From NCBI GenBank assembly GCA_965218295.1, contig CBDCKN010000003.1, forward strand, positions 384,001-448,000: a stretch of DNA of 64,000 nucleotides, given 5' to 3'. Source of the stretch: Longimicrobiales bacterium (GTDB lineage: Bacteria; Gemmatimonadota; Gemmatimonadetes; Longimicrobiales; Gaopeijiaceae). The notes beneath the pieces are model-generated. The model was not told where the DNA came from. It made no database searches and was given only the letters and a program-made list of their open reading frames with translations. Both the position numbers and the translations under genes were made by a program. Below are positions 60,075 to 64,000 of the stretch, piece after piece (positions within the stretch are counted from its first letter, which is position 1; each line of letters starts with the position of its first letter).

Positions 60075-62220
60075 CGCTTTGTCTCCTCATTCGAATGTGA
60101 ATCAACCGAATGACGGCCCCCGTGGATGTCAGTGGGCCGTCCACACCCGATTCGGACTTGCATGAGGCGTGCGAGGGATCCCGGCGGACACGGGCACTGC
60201 TCTTCGGGAAGGCAGGAGGCCGTTTTTCCGCGGGTCACGCCTCTCGGGCGGATGCTGCCTCCACGTTCCACGGAACACCGGAGCCGCGTTTCATTCCCTG
60301 CCGTTGAAACGGACGCTTCCCGCCCCAGGGCCCGGAAAAGCCCGCAATCCGGACCTTTGGACGGAGGGAACGGTTCGTGCATGAGGGGCACGACATCATT
60401 CGAAGCACCAAAGTGCGGCCTTGGCGGGTACCCGGATCATCGATTAGCGTGATCCGGGCCGAAGAGCCGGCCGAAGGAGTAGATTCGTGACCTTACAGCG
60501 CTCACTCATGGCCCTTGTGGCCATCGCCCTCTTCGCAGGGCTCATCCCCCTCGCCGTGGTCCTCGACCAGCGTCTCGAGACGGCGCTCGAGCAGAGGGCT
60601 CGCGAGGATCTGGAGCTGGCTCCGCTCGTTCTGGAGAGCCGGGTTCAGGATCTCGCCGGAGGCCGGATGATGCACGCCAAGGAGCTGGGTGCAACGGCCG
60701 GCCTCGCCGCCGCCCTGGCGAACGGCGATCACGAGCGCGCCGAGAGCCTGCTCGCTGCCGCCCCGGGTTATCCGGGTGAGCGTCCCCTCTTGGTAGGTCC
60801 TGGGGGCGGATCCCTGATGGGGCCGCTGCCGCCTACCGCACTCTTGGATCAGACGCGGGACGGGGGCATGCCCGTCTAGGTGATCCTCCTCGGCGACAGC
60901 CTCCTCGCAACGGTTGCCATCGCCCCGATCATGTATGACGGCAGTTGGGTCGGCTCCGCCGGCCTCTGGACCCCCGTTGACATGGACGAGTCCGCCCACC
61001 TGGCCGCCCTGACTCGGACCAACGTCCTGATCTCCTTCGGCGCCGGAACGTTGGGCCCGTACTCGGGCCAGGGTGAAGCGGCCATGGGCCTCCAGGCCAC
61101 GCTGGTGGATCAAGGATCGCCGGAGGGTGAGGTCGTCGAGCTGGAGTGGGAGGGCGATCGGTACCTCCTGCGCACCGCCCTCATGGATGATGCCCGGGTG
61201 ACGTTCGTGAGGAACCTGAACGACGAGATGGCCATCGTCCCCGAGCTTCGGCGGGCGGGCCTGATGTTGTTGATGGCCACCCTCGCCTTCGCCCTGGTAG
61301 TGGGTGGAGCGTTCGCGTCCCGGCTCGCGAGGCCCATCGGAGCCCTGGCGTCTGCCGCGGATCGGCTCGCGGCGGGCGACTTCGACACGCCGGTGCCCGG
61401 CTCCGCGATTCAGGAAGTCGAGCAGGTCCGAGAGGCCTTCAACGTCATGCGGATCGCCCTGGCGGAGCGCATGCAAAAGCTTCAAGAGGCGAACCGAGAG
61501 CTCGCCGACGGTCAGGCTCGGCTCGGCGCGCTCCAGGCCGAGCTGATCCAGCGGGACCGGCTGGCCGCAGCCGGACGGCTTCTCACGACGCTGGCCCACG
61601 AGATACGCAATCCGGTGGCGAACGTGCGTAACTGTCTGGAGATCCTCCGCCGCCGCGTATACACCGATTCGGAGGCGCGGGAGTTCGCCGACATGGCCAT
61701 CGACGAGCTTCTGCGCATGCACGAGCTGGCCGAGCAGATGCTGGATCTGCACCGGCCGCGCGACCCCACCGAGACCGAGTGCGACGCCGGAACCGTGGCG
61801 CAGGAAGTAGCCTCACTGATGCGGGTCGGACTGAGAGACCAGGAGATCGCGGTGTCGGTGACGACCGAGGCATCCGCCGATGCGGCCCTGCCACCCGACA
61901 CGCTCAAGCAGATCCTCCTGAACGTGACACAGAACGCCTGCGAAGCGATCCGGGCAGCCGGTGACGTTCATCTGGACGTACATCGCGAAACCGAAGCGGT
62001 GGTGGTGGAGGTGCAGGACACCGGACCCGGAATCCAGGCCGAGGTCCTGCCCCACATCTTCGACCCGTTCTTCACGACCAAGGCGTCCGTGGACGGGGTC
62101 GGTCTCGGTCTATTCACGGCGGAAGGCCTCCTGCGGGGCGCCGGCGGTCGCATGACGGCCCGCAACCGCGACGACGGCACGGGAGCGATCTTCCGAATCG
62201 AGCTTCCTGCAGCTCCCGTC

Positions 62221-63502
<1,282 letters not shown>

Positions 63503-63509
63503 CTGGCGG

Positions 63510-63572
63510 TGCTGTACGGGGTCGAAGCCACGGACCCGGTCACCTTCGGAGCCGTGGCGGCCATGCTGGTCT
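63510..63572 (+). pseudogene. Short remnant of an ABC permease (ADOP/FtsX-like) C-terminus
   Basis: LYGVEATDPVTFGAVAAMLV. Confidence 0.45.
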
Positions 63573-63751
63573 TCCGCGATCTGTTCGAAGGCGATTTCGA
63601 CGAAGGCTCGGAGCGAGTCGGTGATGCCCTTCCCAACCACGGCTCCGAAGATGCCCGATACGAAGCGCCCATGGCGTGGGTAGCTAGCACCCCCTCAGGG
63701 CGCTTCAGCCGTGGGGCCCCCGCGCCCCCGGCTCGGCCCGAAGCGGGATCG

Positions 63752-64000
63752 CTACTCCGAGACCTCGCCACCCTCGGGCTCCGGTTCCCCACTGGCGGCT
63801 CGTCCCCCGTAGACCTCGGGCACCCAGTTCATGCTTTCGAGCGGTGGGCGACGGTAGTTGGGATCCCGTTGGAGGTCGGGAAGCTCGATGGGATCCTCCG
63901 GGAGATCCTGATACGGAACCGTCTCGAGGAGATGATGGATGCAGTTCAGCCGTGCGTGACGCTTCACATCGGCCTTCACCACGTACCAGGGGGCCTCGTC
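63752..64000 (-). CDS. ppk2: Polyphosphate kinase 2, C-terminal part (5' end outside the window)
   Basis: EAPWYVVKADVKRHARLNCIHHLL..VPY. Confidence 0.88.
   Translation of the reverse strand, partial: DEAPWYVVKADVKRHARLNCIHHLLETVPYQDLPEDPIELPDLQRDPNYRRPPLESMNWVPEVYGGRAASGEPEPEGGEVSE

Noticed and set aside
60877..60879. Pyrrolysine or stop read-through at the in-frame TAG
   Set aside because: No pyl genes in the window; TAG is a normal stop elsewhere here; the neighbouring gene has several other lesions.

Overview
GC-rich bacterial chromosomal window. The choice-of-anchor B protein, Bat operon and general gene style suggest Gemmatimonadota, which is an inference only. The intact core is amino-acid biosynthesis (leuABCD, ilvC-ilvE-ilvD, thrABC, cysH, proC-proB-proA), plus a MoxR/Bat operon, a ychF-like gene, an aquaporin, sixA and asnB. 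Five mobile elements are present: an IS110 with a readable bridge RNA, two IS256 copies with 8-bp TSDs (one breaks a TIR-domain gene), and an IS1595 'transporter' element that splits an APC-USP permease and holds a nested IS3-like element. Many accessory genes are decayed or reduced to fragments. The most notable hidden signal is three leader-peptide attenuators too short for the ORF track. One is a Leu leader before leuA. The other two sit back to back on divergent promoters: a poly-Cys leader (MRLTCCCCRCCC...) with two tandem terminators before cysH, and a Pro/Arg leader with an antiterminator/terminator before proCBA. All RNA structures and family assignments were read by eye; no database search or folding was run.
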